NCBI GenBank assembly: GCA_965223845.1 | Contig: CBDCXR010000004.1 | Coordinates: 2,272,001 to 2,336,000 of the forward strand | Source: Planctomycetota bacterium | GTDB lineage: Bacteria; Planctomycetota; UBA8108; SXIK01 | Reading direction: 5' to 3' | Length of the DNA: 64,000 nucleotides | Translations under genes and position numbers: made by a program | The notes under the pieces: generated by a model | The model's database searches: none | Told to the model about the DNA's origin: nothing | Seen by the model: the letters and a program-made list of their open reading frames with translations, nothing else | Shown: in pieces, positions 48,112 to 56,302 of the stretch | How positions within the stretch are numbered: the first letter of the stretch is position 1 | How the letters are laid out: every line of letters begins with the position of its first letter

Positions 48112-48947
48112 CAGAGAACACGCGGTCGACGCACGACGGTGCGAGCGAATCTCTGGCCCCATCGGAGCTGGCTGCGCCGGAGACTCTTCGCGCCCCACCG
48201 GCGGTCTGCGTGCTCGGCGCCACCGCGCGCGAACTTGCTCCCCTACGAGACGCGACGCGCGAGGACGAGCACGTCACCGCGATCCGCTGGGTAGAAACGG
48301 GCGCCGGAAAAGCCCCGGCTGCGTCCGCGGCGACGGAGTGCATTCTCGTTTTCCGACCGGCGCTGGTTCTTCACGTCGGCGTTGCGGGCGTGTTTCGACG
48401 CGCCGGACTCGAGCGCGGTGACGTGGTCGCTGCCGCTGGCGAGATCTTCGCCGACGAAGGCGCGCGAGGTTCGGACGGTCGTTTCCTCGACCTCGCCGAG
48501 CTCGGTCTGTCCCTCGGCTGCGATCCGCGTCGCCGTCCGATCGAGAGCTACGTTCCGACTGCCCGCCCGTCCGACGCCGCGCGGCAGACGATCGAAGCGG
48601 CCGCCCGCGGCCGCTTCCGGTTCGCGGTAGGCCCGGGGGTCACCGTCTCGACGTGCACCGGCACGGAAGAGCGCGCCGCGGAGCTCGAGGCGCGCTGGTC
48701 GCCGGTCTTCGAAACGATGGAAGGTGCGGCGGCTGCATTCGCCGCCTGGCGCCTCGGTTGCCCGTATCTCGAGGTGCGAGGGATTTCGAATCTCGTCGGC
48801 CCGCGCGAGAGAGAAAACTGGGACATCGACGGCGCAGCGCAGAACGCGGCGGTCGTCGCAAGCGCCCTGCTTCGCGCTTGGTTCGCGGACCCGGGTGCGG
48901 TCGAGCTCGCGTCCCCGGGCGGGCCCCTCGAGCCGCCTATAGATTGA
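48108..48947 (+). CDS. mqnB: Futalosine hydrolase
   Basis: PNP/MTAN fold: GAGKAPAA, GVAG, ADEG, TVSTCTG, ETMEGAA, EVRGISNLVGPRERENW; next to mqnD. Confidence 0.9.
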   Translation: MTENTRSTHDGASESLAPSELAAPETLRAPPAVCVLGATARELAPLRDATREDEHVTAIRWVETGAGKAPAASAATECILVFRPALVLHVGVAGVFRRAGLERGDVVAAAGEIFADEGARGSDGRFLDLAELGLSLGCDPRRRPIESYVPTARPSDAARQTIEAAARGRFRFAVGPGVTVSTCTGTEERAAELEARWSPVFETMEGAAAAFAAWRLGCPYLEVRGISNLVGPRERENWDIDGAAQNAAVVASALLRAWFADPGAVELASPGGPLEPPID

Positions 48948-49163
48948 CCGCGCGTGCGATCGCGTCGAAGCGTTCGGCGGAGCATCGGAGACCGTCGAGC
49001 TCGTCGTCCCGCGTGAACGCACCGGTGAGCGACGGACCGACGAAGCCTCACACGCGGTCACGGTTTGCCCGTAGACTGTGAGCGCTCGAGGAAGTCCGAG
49101 ACCGCGTTGCTCCACCGACGCGCGGACTTCTCACAGAACGCGCGTGTTGGAAAGTCCCCGCCG

Positions 49164-50024
49164 ATGAGCAGCAGCACTCCGCCGATCCGGCTTCGCCTCG
49201 GGATCTCTCCCTGTCCCAACGACACGTTCATGTTCCACGCGCTGCTCCACGGCGAGACGCCCGCGCGCGGTGTCGAATGGGAGACGGTGTTCTGCGACAT
49301 TGAAGAGCTGAACGCGCGCGTGTTCCGTGAGGAGCTCGACGTCGCAAAGGTGTCGTTTCACGCCCTAGGATCGGCGCGCGAACGCTATGCGCTCCTCGCG
49401 ACCGGAGCGGCGCTCGGTCGGGGCTGCGGTCCCCTGCTCGTCGCCCGCGACGCGGGCGGCGCTCCGCTCGAGGAACGGCGCGTCGCGATTCCCGGCTGGA
49501 ACACGAGCGCGACTCTGCTTCTTCGACTCTTCGCGCCGGCGATCCCGCGAGAGAACCTGATCGCGATGCCGTTCGACCGCATCCTCGCGAGCTGCGAGCG
49601 CGGCGACGTCGACGCCGGTCTCATCATCCACGAGAGTCGGTTCACGTATCGCGCGCACGGACTCACCTCGATCGTCGACCTCGGCGGATGGTGGGAAGAG
49701 ACATCGGGTCTACCGATTCCGCTCGGCGGGATCACGATTCGCCGAGACTTGCCCGAAGCGATCCAGCGCGAGGTCGAGCGCGCCCTCGGGGAGAGCGTCC
49801 GGTACGCGCGAAGCCGCCCCGAAGCGAGTCGCGCCTTCGTGGAGAGTCACGCACAGGAGACCGAACGCGAGGTTCAGGCGAGGCACATCGACCTCTACGT
49901 GAACGACTTCTCGGTCGAGCTCGGAAGCGAAGGCGCCGCGGCGATCGAGGCGTTCTTCCGTGCGGCCGAAGAGCGGGAGCTCATCCCGCCGTACGCGGGC
50001 GGACTGTTCGTCGGCGACGCGTGA
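49164..50024 (+). CDS. mqnD: 1,4-dihydroxy-6-naphthoate synthase
   Basis: GISPCPNDTFMF, DIEELN, GAALGRGCGP, IIHESRFTY, DLGGWW, PIPLG, HIDLYVN. Confidence 0.95.
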   Translation: MSSSTPPIRLRLGISPCPNDTFMFHALLHGETPARGVEWETVFCDIEELNARVFREELDVAKVSFHALGSARERYALLATGAALGRGCGPLLVARDAGGAPLEERRVAIPGWNTSATLLLRLFAPAIPRENLIAMPFDRILASCERGDVDAGLIIHESRFTYRAHGLTSIVDLGGWWEETSGLPIPLGGITIRRDLPEAIQREVERALGESVRYARSRPEASRAFVESHAQETEREVQARHIDLYVNDFSVELGSEGAAAIEAFFRAAEERELIPPYAGGLFVGDA

Positions 50025-50076
50025 TGCGAGGGGTCCGGGATCCTCGGAGCGACGTCCTCCGAGCGAGTCGCTTTGA

Positions 50077-51015
50077 TCAGTGCGAGAGCCCGCCCGCGTC
50101 GCAGTCGAGGCGGTCGTCCGTCGGGTCCGGCCCGTAGGCGTCGGGATCCGGAAACGGCGACGGATCGAGGAAGAGCTTGATCAAGGTGTGGATCGGGTCG
50201 GCGATGCTCAGGTGGCCGTCGTCGTTCGAATCGGCCGAATCCTGGCACGGAAAGGGCCGATCGATGCTGACGAAGAGAAGCTCGAGCGAGAAGATCGGAT
50301 CGCTGATGTCGCGGTGAAAATCGTACGTCGCATCGCCTCGCACGAAGAAGCCGACCTCACCGATGATGTTGATCCCACCGCCGAAGAGGTTCTCATCGGC
50401 GACAGGCTCGGTGGCGAGCGGCTGCGCGTCTTCGCCGGTCAAACGGACCGCGTTCTTGAAGTAGACCTCGCCGACGTCGCTTCGGACCGGACCGATGTCC
50501 TCGAAGCGGAGCTTCGAGACGCCGTCTTTCGCCTGGTCGCGCACTTTGAACCGGAGAGCGTAGACGGGAACGATCTCGCCGAGATGGCTGTTCACCGCGC
50601 GCAGATGCACCTTCTCGCCGAGCTCGATGTGGATCCAGCCCTCGCTCGCCTGGTTGCCGGCCAGGTCGTCGCGGTTGTCGGCCGAAACGATCGGCGCCGG
50701 TTGCGAGTCGACCGCCGCCGTCGGAAGGAGATTCTCGGCGGCGACGAGCCTGAGGTCCTCTTCGTCGAAGTTGACCGCGATCGAGACCGCCGAGAGCTCG
50801 ACTTTCGTCTGCACGCCAAGGCGAACGACGACTTCGCCGCCGCGGACCGCGTCCTTGAGCTGAAGGTGGTACTCGACCGGGGCCTTCGCCACCGGGACAG
50901 CCTGCGCGCTCGCCGAAGCGAACGGGAGGATCGTCGCGCCGAGGAACAAAGCGAGCGCCCGCGGGCGGAAACCTCGTCGAAACAAAGTCGCACGGCTCGA
51001 TCCGGAGCTCGTCAT
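50077..51015 (-). CDS. Secreted protein with cohesin-like domain and C-terminal dockerin-like domain
   Basis: Signal peptide; GGEVVVRLGV...LSAVSIAVNFDEEDLRLV...LRFKVRDQA (cohesin-like strands); FVRGDATYD...DISDP / ADSNDDGHLSIADP duplicated dockerin-like loops. Confidence 0.7.
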   Translation of the reverse strand: MTSSGSSRATLFRRGFRPRALALFLGATILPFASASAQAVPVAKAPVEYHLQLKDAVRGGEVVVRLGVQTKVELSAVSIAVNFDEEDLRLVAAENLLPTAAVDSQPAPIVSADNRDDLAGNQASEGWIHIELGEKVHLRAVNSHLGEIVPVYALRFKVRDQAKDGVSKLRFEDIGPVRSDVGEVYFKNAVRLTGEDAQPLATEPVADENLFGGGINIIGEVGFFVRGDATYDFHRDISDPIFSLELLFVSIDRPFPCQDSADSNDDGHLSIADPIHTLIKLFLDPSPFPDPDAYGPDPTDDRLDCDAGGLSH

Positions 51016-51319
51016 CTCAGCGTCCTCGCCCTCTCAGTACCGAAGGATCCGCGTTCCCAGCGCCTCTTCGCGACAAGTCTCAATTGTACTCCCCCGCTCT
51101 AAGTTTCGCCCGCACAACATCTTGTAAAGCCTTCCTCACAGTTCACCCAACTCGATAGACAGATTCTGTCAATCACGTTCTTTCGGGGACCTGCGCGCCC
51201 GCCCGAGCGCGCCGGCCGCGCTGGACCTCGTCTTGATGCAACTGTGTGCGGCAGCTATCGTTGCGCCGCTGTCCCCTCGTCTTCTCGTTCCCCGAGGCCC
51301 CGCTCCACGGCTCGATTCG

Positions 51320-52516
51320 ATGAACAAACGCTCGGTTGAATCCCTAGACGTCCGCGGTCGACGTGTACTCGTTCGCGTCGATTTCAACGTCCCCCTCAAG
51401 GACGGCGAGATCACGGATGACCGCCGCATCCGCGCCGCTCTTCCGACGATTCGCTCGCTCGTTGATCGAGGCGCGCGAGTCATTCTCGTCTCGCACCTCG
51501 GGCGTCCGAAGGGGAAGCGGGTCCCGGAGATGAGCCTCGAGCCCGTCGCGATACGCCTCGGCGAGCTCCTTGGACGAAGCGTGCTCTTCGCGCCCGATTG
51601 CATCGGACCTGAAGTTCAAGCCAAACTTCAGGCCGTCGGCGACGGCGACGTGCTCCTCCTCGAAAACCTCCGCTATCACGGCGAGGAGACGCAGAACGAT
51701 CCCGAATTCAGCCAAAAACTCGCGGGGCTCGCGGAACTCTACGTGAACGATGCCTTCGGGACGGCGCACCGCGGTCACTCCTCGACGCTCGGCGCGGCGA
51801 AGCACTTCGAAAATCGTGCTGCCGGCCTCCTCCTCAAGAAGGAGATCGACTATCTCGGCGCGGCGCTCGAGTCGCCCGCGCGACCTTTCGTCGCGATCAT
51901 CGGCGGCGCGAAAATCTCGGGGAAGATCGACGTCATGCGGGCGCTCCTCGGGAAGGTCGACAGCCTCCTCGTCGGCGGAGGAATGGCGTACACGTTTTTT
52001 CGCGCGATGGGACGCGAAATCGGGAAGTCGCTCGTCGAGGAAGACCGAATCGAGGTGGCGAAAGAGATCTTGCGCGAGAGCGAAAAGGACGGATCGGCGG
52101 ACCTGCTTCTCCCGATCGATTGCGTGAGTGTCGAGCGCTTCGACAACGATGCCGAGCAGCTCGTCGTGCCGGCGGATGCGATTCCGGCCGATCGCGAGTG
52201 TCTCGACATCGGCCCGGCGACGCGAGAGCTCTACTCGGCGCGCATCGCTGAGGCGAAAACCGTCGTGTGGAACGGGCCGATGGGAGTCTTCGAGATGCCG
52301 AACTTCGCGCACGGCACGAACGCGGTCGCGAAGGCGCTCGTCGAGGCAACGGCCGCCGGCGCGACGACGATCGTCGGCGGCGGAGATTCCGCGGCGGCGA
52401 TCGAAGCCGCGGGTTACGCCGACGAGGTGAGTCACGTCTCGACGGGCGGCGGCGCTTCGCTCGAGTTCCTCGAGGGGAAAGAGCTCCCCGGAGTCAACGT
52501 GCTGAGCGACGCCTGA
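51320..52516 (+). CDS. pgk: Phosphoglycerate kinase
   Basis: [57 protein letters not shown]. Confidence 0.98.
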   Translation: MNKRSVESLDVRGRRVLVRVDFNVPLKDGEITDDRRIRAALPTIRSLVDRGARVILVSHLGRPKGKRVPEMSLEPVAIRLGELLGRSVLFAPDCIGPEVQAKLQAVGDGDVLLLENLRYHGEETQNDPEFSQKLAGLAELYVNDAFGTAHRGHSSTLGAAKHFENRAAGLLLKKEIDYLGAALESPARPFVAIIGGAKISGKIDVMRALLGKVDSLLVGGGMAYTFFRAMGREIGKSLVEEDRIEVAKEILRESEKDGSADLLLPIDCVSVERFDNDAEQLVVPADAIPADRECLDIGPATRELYSARIAEAKTVVWNGPMGVFEMPNFAHGTNAVAKALVEATAAGATTIVGGGDSAAAIEAAGYADEVSHVSTGGGASLEFLEGKELPGVNVLSDA

Positions 52517-52534
52517 CGCGGCGCTCGAAGCGTT

Positions 52535-53353
52535 TCACACGACGAACGGCGTTCCGTTCCACTCGCCGAAGGCTTCGACGTAGGGAACGAGCGCTGGGTA
52601 CTCGTCCGTGCGCTCCTCGAGCCACGACTTCGTCTCCGCGACGAGATCCTGCTCCGCCTCGAGCGTGAGCTCGCCCGTCATCACTCGCGTCCGGAGGAAC
52701 ACGAAGTACGTATCGAGAACGTCGTGGAGACAGTAGTCGTTGATCTCTTGGATCTTTCCGTCGCGGTAGAGGGCGTCGACCTGATCGCCGCTCGTCTCCA
52801 TCTTTCCCGGTTTTCCGAGCACCTTGGCCAGCAGGTTGAGCCCGCCGGCGAGTCGGTACGCTCCGTACTCCGTGAGCCACTCGAGGAGATCGATGTGCTT
52901 CGACGTGAAGCGGTAGCGGAAGCCGAAGCGATCCGGATCGGCGAAGTAGGCCGGCGCCGAAGTGCCGTAGCGAAACGCGCTCAGGCTGAGCAGCGGCAAA
53001 TCGAAGCCGCGGCCGTTGAAGTCGACGAGACGCGCCTTCGTAAACGCACAAACTCCGCGCCAAAAGAGGTCGACCATCTCCCTGGGGTCGAAGCGAGGAG
53101 AATCGAGGCACGCGAGTCCGCGCAGGCGAAAATCCGGGCCGACTTTCGCAGTGGCAATCGCGACTGGGACGTGAAACGTCACGGGGACGAACACGTCGTC
53201 CGGCGCGTCGGGATTCTTCTCCTCGCGGTATCGCGAAAGCGCCTCGTCGGGAGAGAGATCCTGACCCGAGTAGAGCGTGCGCGAGAGGAGCGCACCGTCG
53301 ACGACGCTCTCGGTATCATAGACGAGATAGGCGATTTCTCGTGCGTCACTCAA
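52535..53353 (-). CDS. PolB-related 3'-5' exonuclease (stand-alone DEDD type)
   Basis: Exo I YDTES, Exo II FNGRGFDLP, HIDL, PGK, Exo III YCLHD; TTG start at 53353 assumed. Confidence 0.85.
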   Translation of the reverse strand: MSDAREIAYLVYDTESVVDGALLSRTLYSGQDLSPDEALSRYREEKNPDAPDDVFVPVTFHVPVAIATAKVGPDFRLRGLACLDSPRFDPREMVDLFWRGVCAFTKARLVDFNGRGFDLPLLSLSAFRYGTSAPAYFADPDRFGFRYRFTSKHIDLLEWLTEYGAYRLAGGLNLLAKVLGKPGKMETSGDQVDALYRDGKIQEINDYCLHDVLDTYFVFLRTRVMTGELTLEAEQDLVAETKSWLEERTDEYPALVPYVEAFGEWNGTPFVV

Positions 53354-53394
53354 GGAACGTCCCCCGCGAGAATCGAGTCGCAACGCTCTCCACA

Positions 53395-53430
53395 AACAAC
53401 GTGCGACAACGTATGACAATTCTCGACAAA
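53395..53430. promoter_or_regulatory. Four direct repeats with 10-bp phasing (putative response-regulator boxes)
   Basis: AACAAC-gtgc-GACAAC-gtat-GACAAT-tctc-GACAAA; ACAA cores at 53396, 53406, 53416 and 53426. Confidence 0.6.
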
Positions 53431-53546
53431 CTGAAACCCCCACGCCGCGTCGAGCCGCCGGAAAATCGACGATCGAAGCGTGGGACGGTTGCCAGCGAGT
53501 GCGCGGACCGTAGGGCGAGCCGAACCGCAGAGAAAGGGCGCGCGAC

Positions 53547-55574
53547 ATGAGGTCCGGTTTCTTCCGATCACGGGCCGTTCTCTGGATCGCGGGGACTGCA
53601 GCGCTCCTCCTGACGATCGTCGTGTGCGGACTCGGTCTGCGCGAAGCCACTCACCAGTACCGACGCGTCGAAGATGCGATCCTCAGCTCGCAGCGAGAGC
53701 TCGCGCGCGAGACCGGCCCGCGACTCGCAACGGAGCTGAGAGAGAAAGCGCGTGCGCGCCTCGATCGGCTCGAATCGGCGATGGCATCCGGAGAGACGCC
53801 CGGATCGGACGCCATCGGACGCGAATTCGTCGTCGGACGTCGCGGGGCTGAGCTCGTCGGTGCGCGGCGGCGAGAGCCGGGAACCACGATGGTGGACCTC
53901 TCCGCGCTCCGATCCGCCGGAAGTCTGCGGCCCGCCCTCACCATCGACGACCCGGCCCAGCGCACCGACACTCTGCGCGCCGTCGCGAGAAGCGGCGCCG
54001 AGCCCGAAGCGCGCTGGCGCGCCGAGGCGCTTCGCGCCGACTCTCTCCGGCGAAGCGGCGACACCGACGCGGCCGTCACCCTCTACTCGACTCTCGTCTC
54101 CCGCGCCGCGTCTCCGGAACGAGAGACCTTCGTTCCGTCGCTCGTTCAACTCAGCCTCGCGTTCAGCGCGGTGCTCATCGATGCCGGTCGCGACGACGAA
54201 GCGAGCGAGGTCCTAGTGCGGGCCATCGACCGGCTCGAGACCGGAGCGACGGTGACGACGCGCTCGGAAGAGGCGTACTTCCTCCGCCGCGTCGCAGCGC
54301 TCTCTCCGAGCCACGCCGAGCTTCTCGAGAAGGCGGCGCGTCGCCGCGACGTACTCGCGCGCGAGGCTCTCGCCCAACGGGCCGCCGAGCTCGTCCGCGC
54401 GGAACTTTCGTCGGCCGGAAATCGGGAAACGCGGGCGCTCTTCGATCCCACCCTCGGCTTCGTTTTTTGGCGTCCCTACCGCGACGCCGGTCGCGCCAAC
54501 GTCGCCGCCCTCGCGATCTCGTCGGCGGCGACCGAGGTTGCGTCCTCCGCTGAGGAGCTTCTCGATGCGCGCCATCTCGCGGCTCGCTACGGCGTTCGAC
54601 CCCGCGTCGATCGAGACGAGACCTCGACCGCGCTCGATCACACGGACGACGCCCCCGGCGTCGCGCTCGCGACTCTCGCTCCCCCCTTCGAAGCCCTGGA
54701 GCTCTATCTCGATGCAGGCGAGGTCGAGCGCCTCGTCGGCGACGCTCGGCGTCCCTTCATCCACGCGGGGATCTTGATCGGCGGACTCGCGCTCGGGCTC
54801 GTCTGTTGCCTCGGCGTGCTCCTCGCGGTCGCCCGGCGCGAGGCTCAACTCGCGCGGATGAAATCGGAGTTCGTCGCGAACGTTTCCCACGAGCTGAAGA
54901 CGCCACTCGCTCTCATTCGAATGTTTGCCGAGACACTCCTCCTTCGTCGCTTGAGCGACGACGGCCAGCGCGACAAGTACTACCGCATCATCACGCGCGA
55001 AAGCGAACGACTCTCCCACCTCGTCGCGAATGTGCTCAACTTTTCGAGCATCGAGGCGGGACGAAAGTCCTACGAGTTCGCCGTGATCGACCTGGGGGCG
55101 GTCGTTCGAGATGTCGCCGAGAGCTATCAGTATCGACTCGACGAAAAAGGCTTCGAGCACGAAGTCGAGATCGCGGCGGATCTCCCATCCGTGCGAGCGG
55201 ACGCAGACGCCGTCCGGCAGGCAGTGATCAATCTCGTCGAGAACGCGATCAAGTACTCGCGCGAATCGCGCTTCGTGCGCGTCGAGGTCGAGCGGTCGAA
55301 GCGCGCGGTGGAGATCCGTGTCAGCGACCGCGGCGTCGGCATCTCCGCCGAGGAGCGCGCCCGGGTCTGGGAAGACTACTACCGCAGTCGCTCCGCGCGG
55401 GCCCTGGGAACGCGCGGAAGCGGACTCGGCCTCTCGGTCGTCCACCATATCGTGAAAGCTCACGGCGGCTCGGTCGACATCCAGAGTGAGCCCGAACGCG
55501 GGAGCACGTTCACGCTAGAGTTTCCCGTCGACGATTCACTCGACTCGACGGCCACCGCGGCGCCGCCAAACTGA
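53547..55574 (+). CDS. Membrane sensor histidine kinase
   Basis: Two TM helices flanking a large extracytoplasmic domain; H-box FVANVSHELKTPL, N-box NLVENAIKY, G1 DRGVG, G2 GSGLGL. Confidence 0.95.
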   Translation: MRSGFFRSRAVLWIAGTAALLLTIVVCGLGLREATHQYRRVEDAILSSQRELARETGPRLATELREKARARLDRLESAMASGETPGSDAIGREFVVGRRGAELVGARRREPGTTMVDLSALRSAGSLRPALTIDDPAQRTDTLRAVARSGAEPEARWRAEALRADSLRRSGDTDAAVTLYSTLVSRAASPERETFVPSLVQLSLAFSAVLIDAGRDDEASEVLVRAIDRLETGATVTTRSEEAYFLRRVAALSPSHAELLEKAARRRDVLAREALAQRAAELVRAELSSAGNRETRALFDPTLGFVFWRPYRDAGRANVAALAISSAATEVASSAEELLDARHLAARYGVRPRVDRDETSTALDHTDDAPGVALATLAPPFEALELYLDAGEVERLVGDARRPFIHAGILIGGLALGLVCCLGVLLAVARREAQLARMKSEFVANVSHELKTPLALIRMFAETLLLRRLSDDGQRDKYYRIITRESERLSHLVANVLNFSSIEAGRKSYEFAVIDLGAVVRDVAESYQYRLDEKGFEHEVEIAADLPSVRADADAVRQAVINLVENAIKYSRESRFVRVEVERSKRAVEIRVSDRGVGISAEERARVWEDYYRSRSARALGTRGSGLGLSVVHHIVKAHGGSVDIQSEPERGSTFTLEFPVDDSLDSTATAAPPN

Positions 55575-55584
55575 GGTTCGCAGC

Positions 55585-56298
55585 TTGTCAGTCCCCAATC
55601 CGACCTCCTCCACCCCCTCGACCATTCTCGTCGTCGAGGACGATCCGGACATGGCGCTCGGTCTCCGAGACAACCTCGAGTTCGAAGGCTATCGCGTCGT
55701 CGTCGCGACCAGTGGAGAAGAAGGGATCGAGCAAGCGGATAAGAACGTTCCCGCGTGCATTCTTCTCGACGTGATGCTCCCGGGCATCGACGGGTTCACT
55801 GTCTGCCACGAGCTTCGCAGCCGCGGGGTTCGCGCTCCGATCATCATGCTTACGGCGCGCGGACAAGAGATCGATAAGGTACGCGGACTCGAGCTCGGTG
55901 CCGATGACTACGTGACCAAGCCCTTCGGCGTTCAAGAACTGCTCGCGCGCATTCGCGCGGCGCTCCGGCGAGCCGGGAGCGCCGCGCCGGCGGCCGCCCA
56001 CGAGGCGATCATCGGCGATGCGCGTGTCGATTTCATCGCCGGCCGAGTTGAGCGCGACGGAAGGGAGATGGCGCTCGGGCACTACGAGACCGAAGTGCTC
56101 AAGATGCTCATCGAGCACGCCGGGGAAGTCGTGTCGCGTCAGGACATGCTCAAGGAGATCTGGGGTCTCACGAACGAGCCGCAGAACCGCAGCGTCGACA
56201 ATCACGTCGTCAGCCTGAGGCGAAAGCTCGAACTCGAGGCTTCGCGGCCCCGGCACATCCTGACGATTCACGGTCTCGGCTACAAAATCGTGTACTAG
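55585..56298 (+). CDS. OmpR/PhoB-family response regulator
   Basis: VVEDD, LLDVMLP, MLTA, GADDYVTKPF; wHTH RSVDNHVVSLRRKLE...GLGY. Confidence 0.95.
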   Translation: MSVPNPTSSTPSTILVVEDDPDMALGLRDNLEFEGYRVVVATSGEEGIEQADKNVPACILLDVMLPGIDGFTVCHELRSRGVRAPIIMLTARGQEIDKVRGLELGADDYVTKPFGVQELLARIRAALRRAGSAAPAAAHEAIIGDARVDFIAGRVERDGREMALGHYETEVLKMLIEHAGEVVSRQDMLKEIWGLTNEPQNRSVDNHVVSLRRKLELEASRPRHILTIHGLGYKIVY

Positions 56299-56302
56299 CA
56301 CT

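Noticed and set aside
49088-49098. GAGGAAGTCCG resembling the RNase P RNA 5' conserved box
   Set aside because: It is one base short of GAGGAAAGTCC, the spacer is too short, and the 3' conserved element is absent
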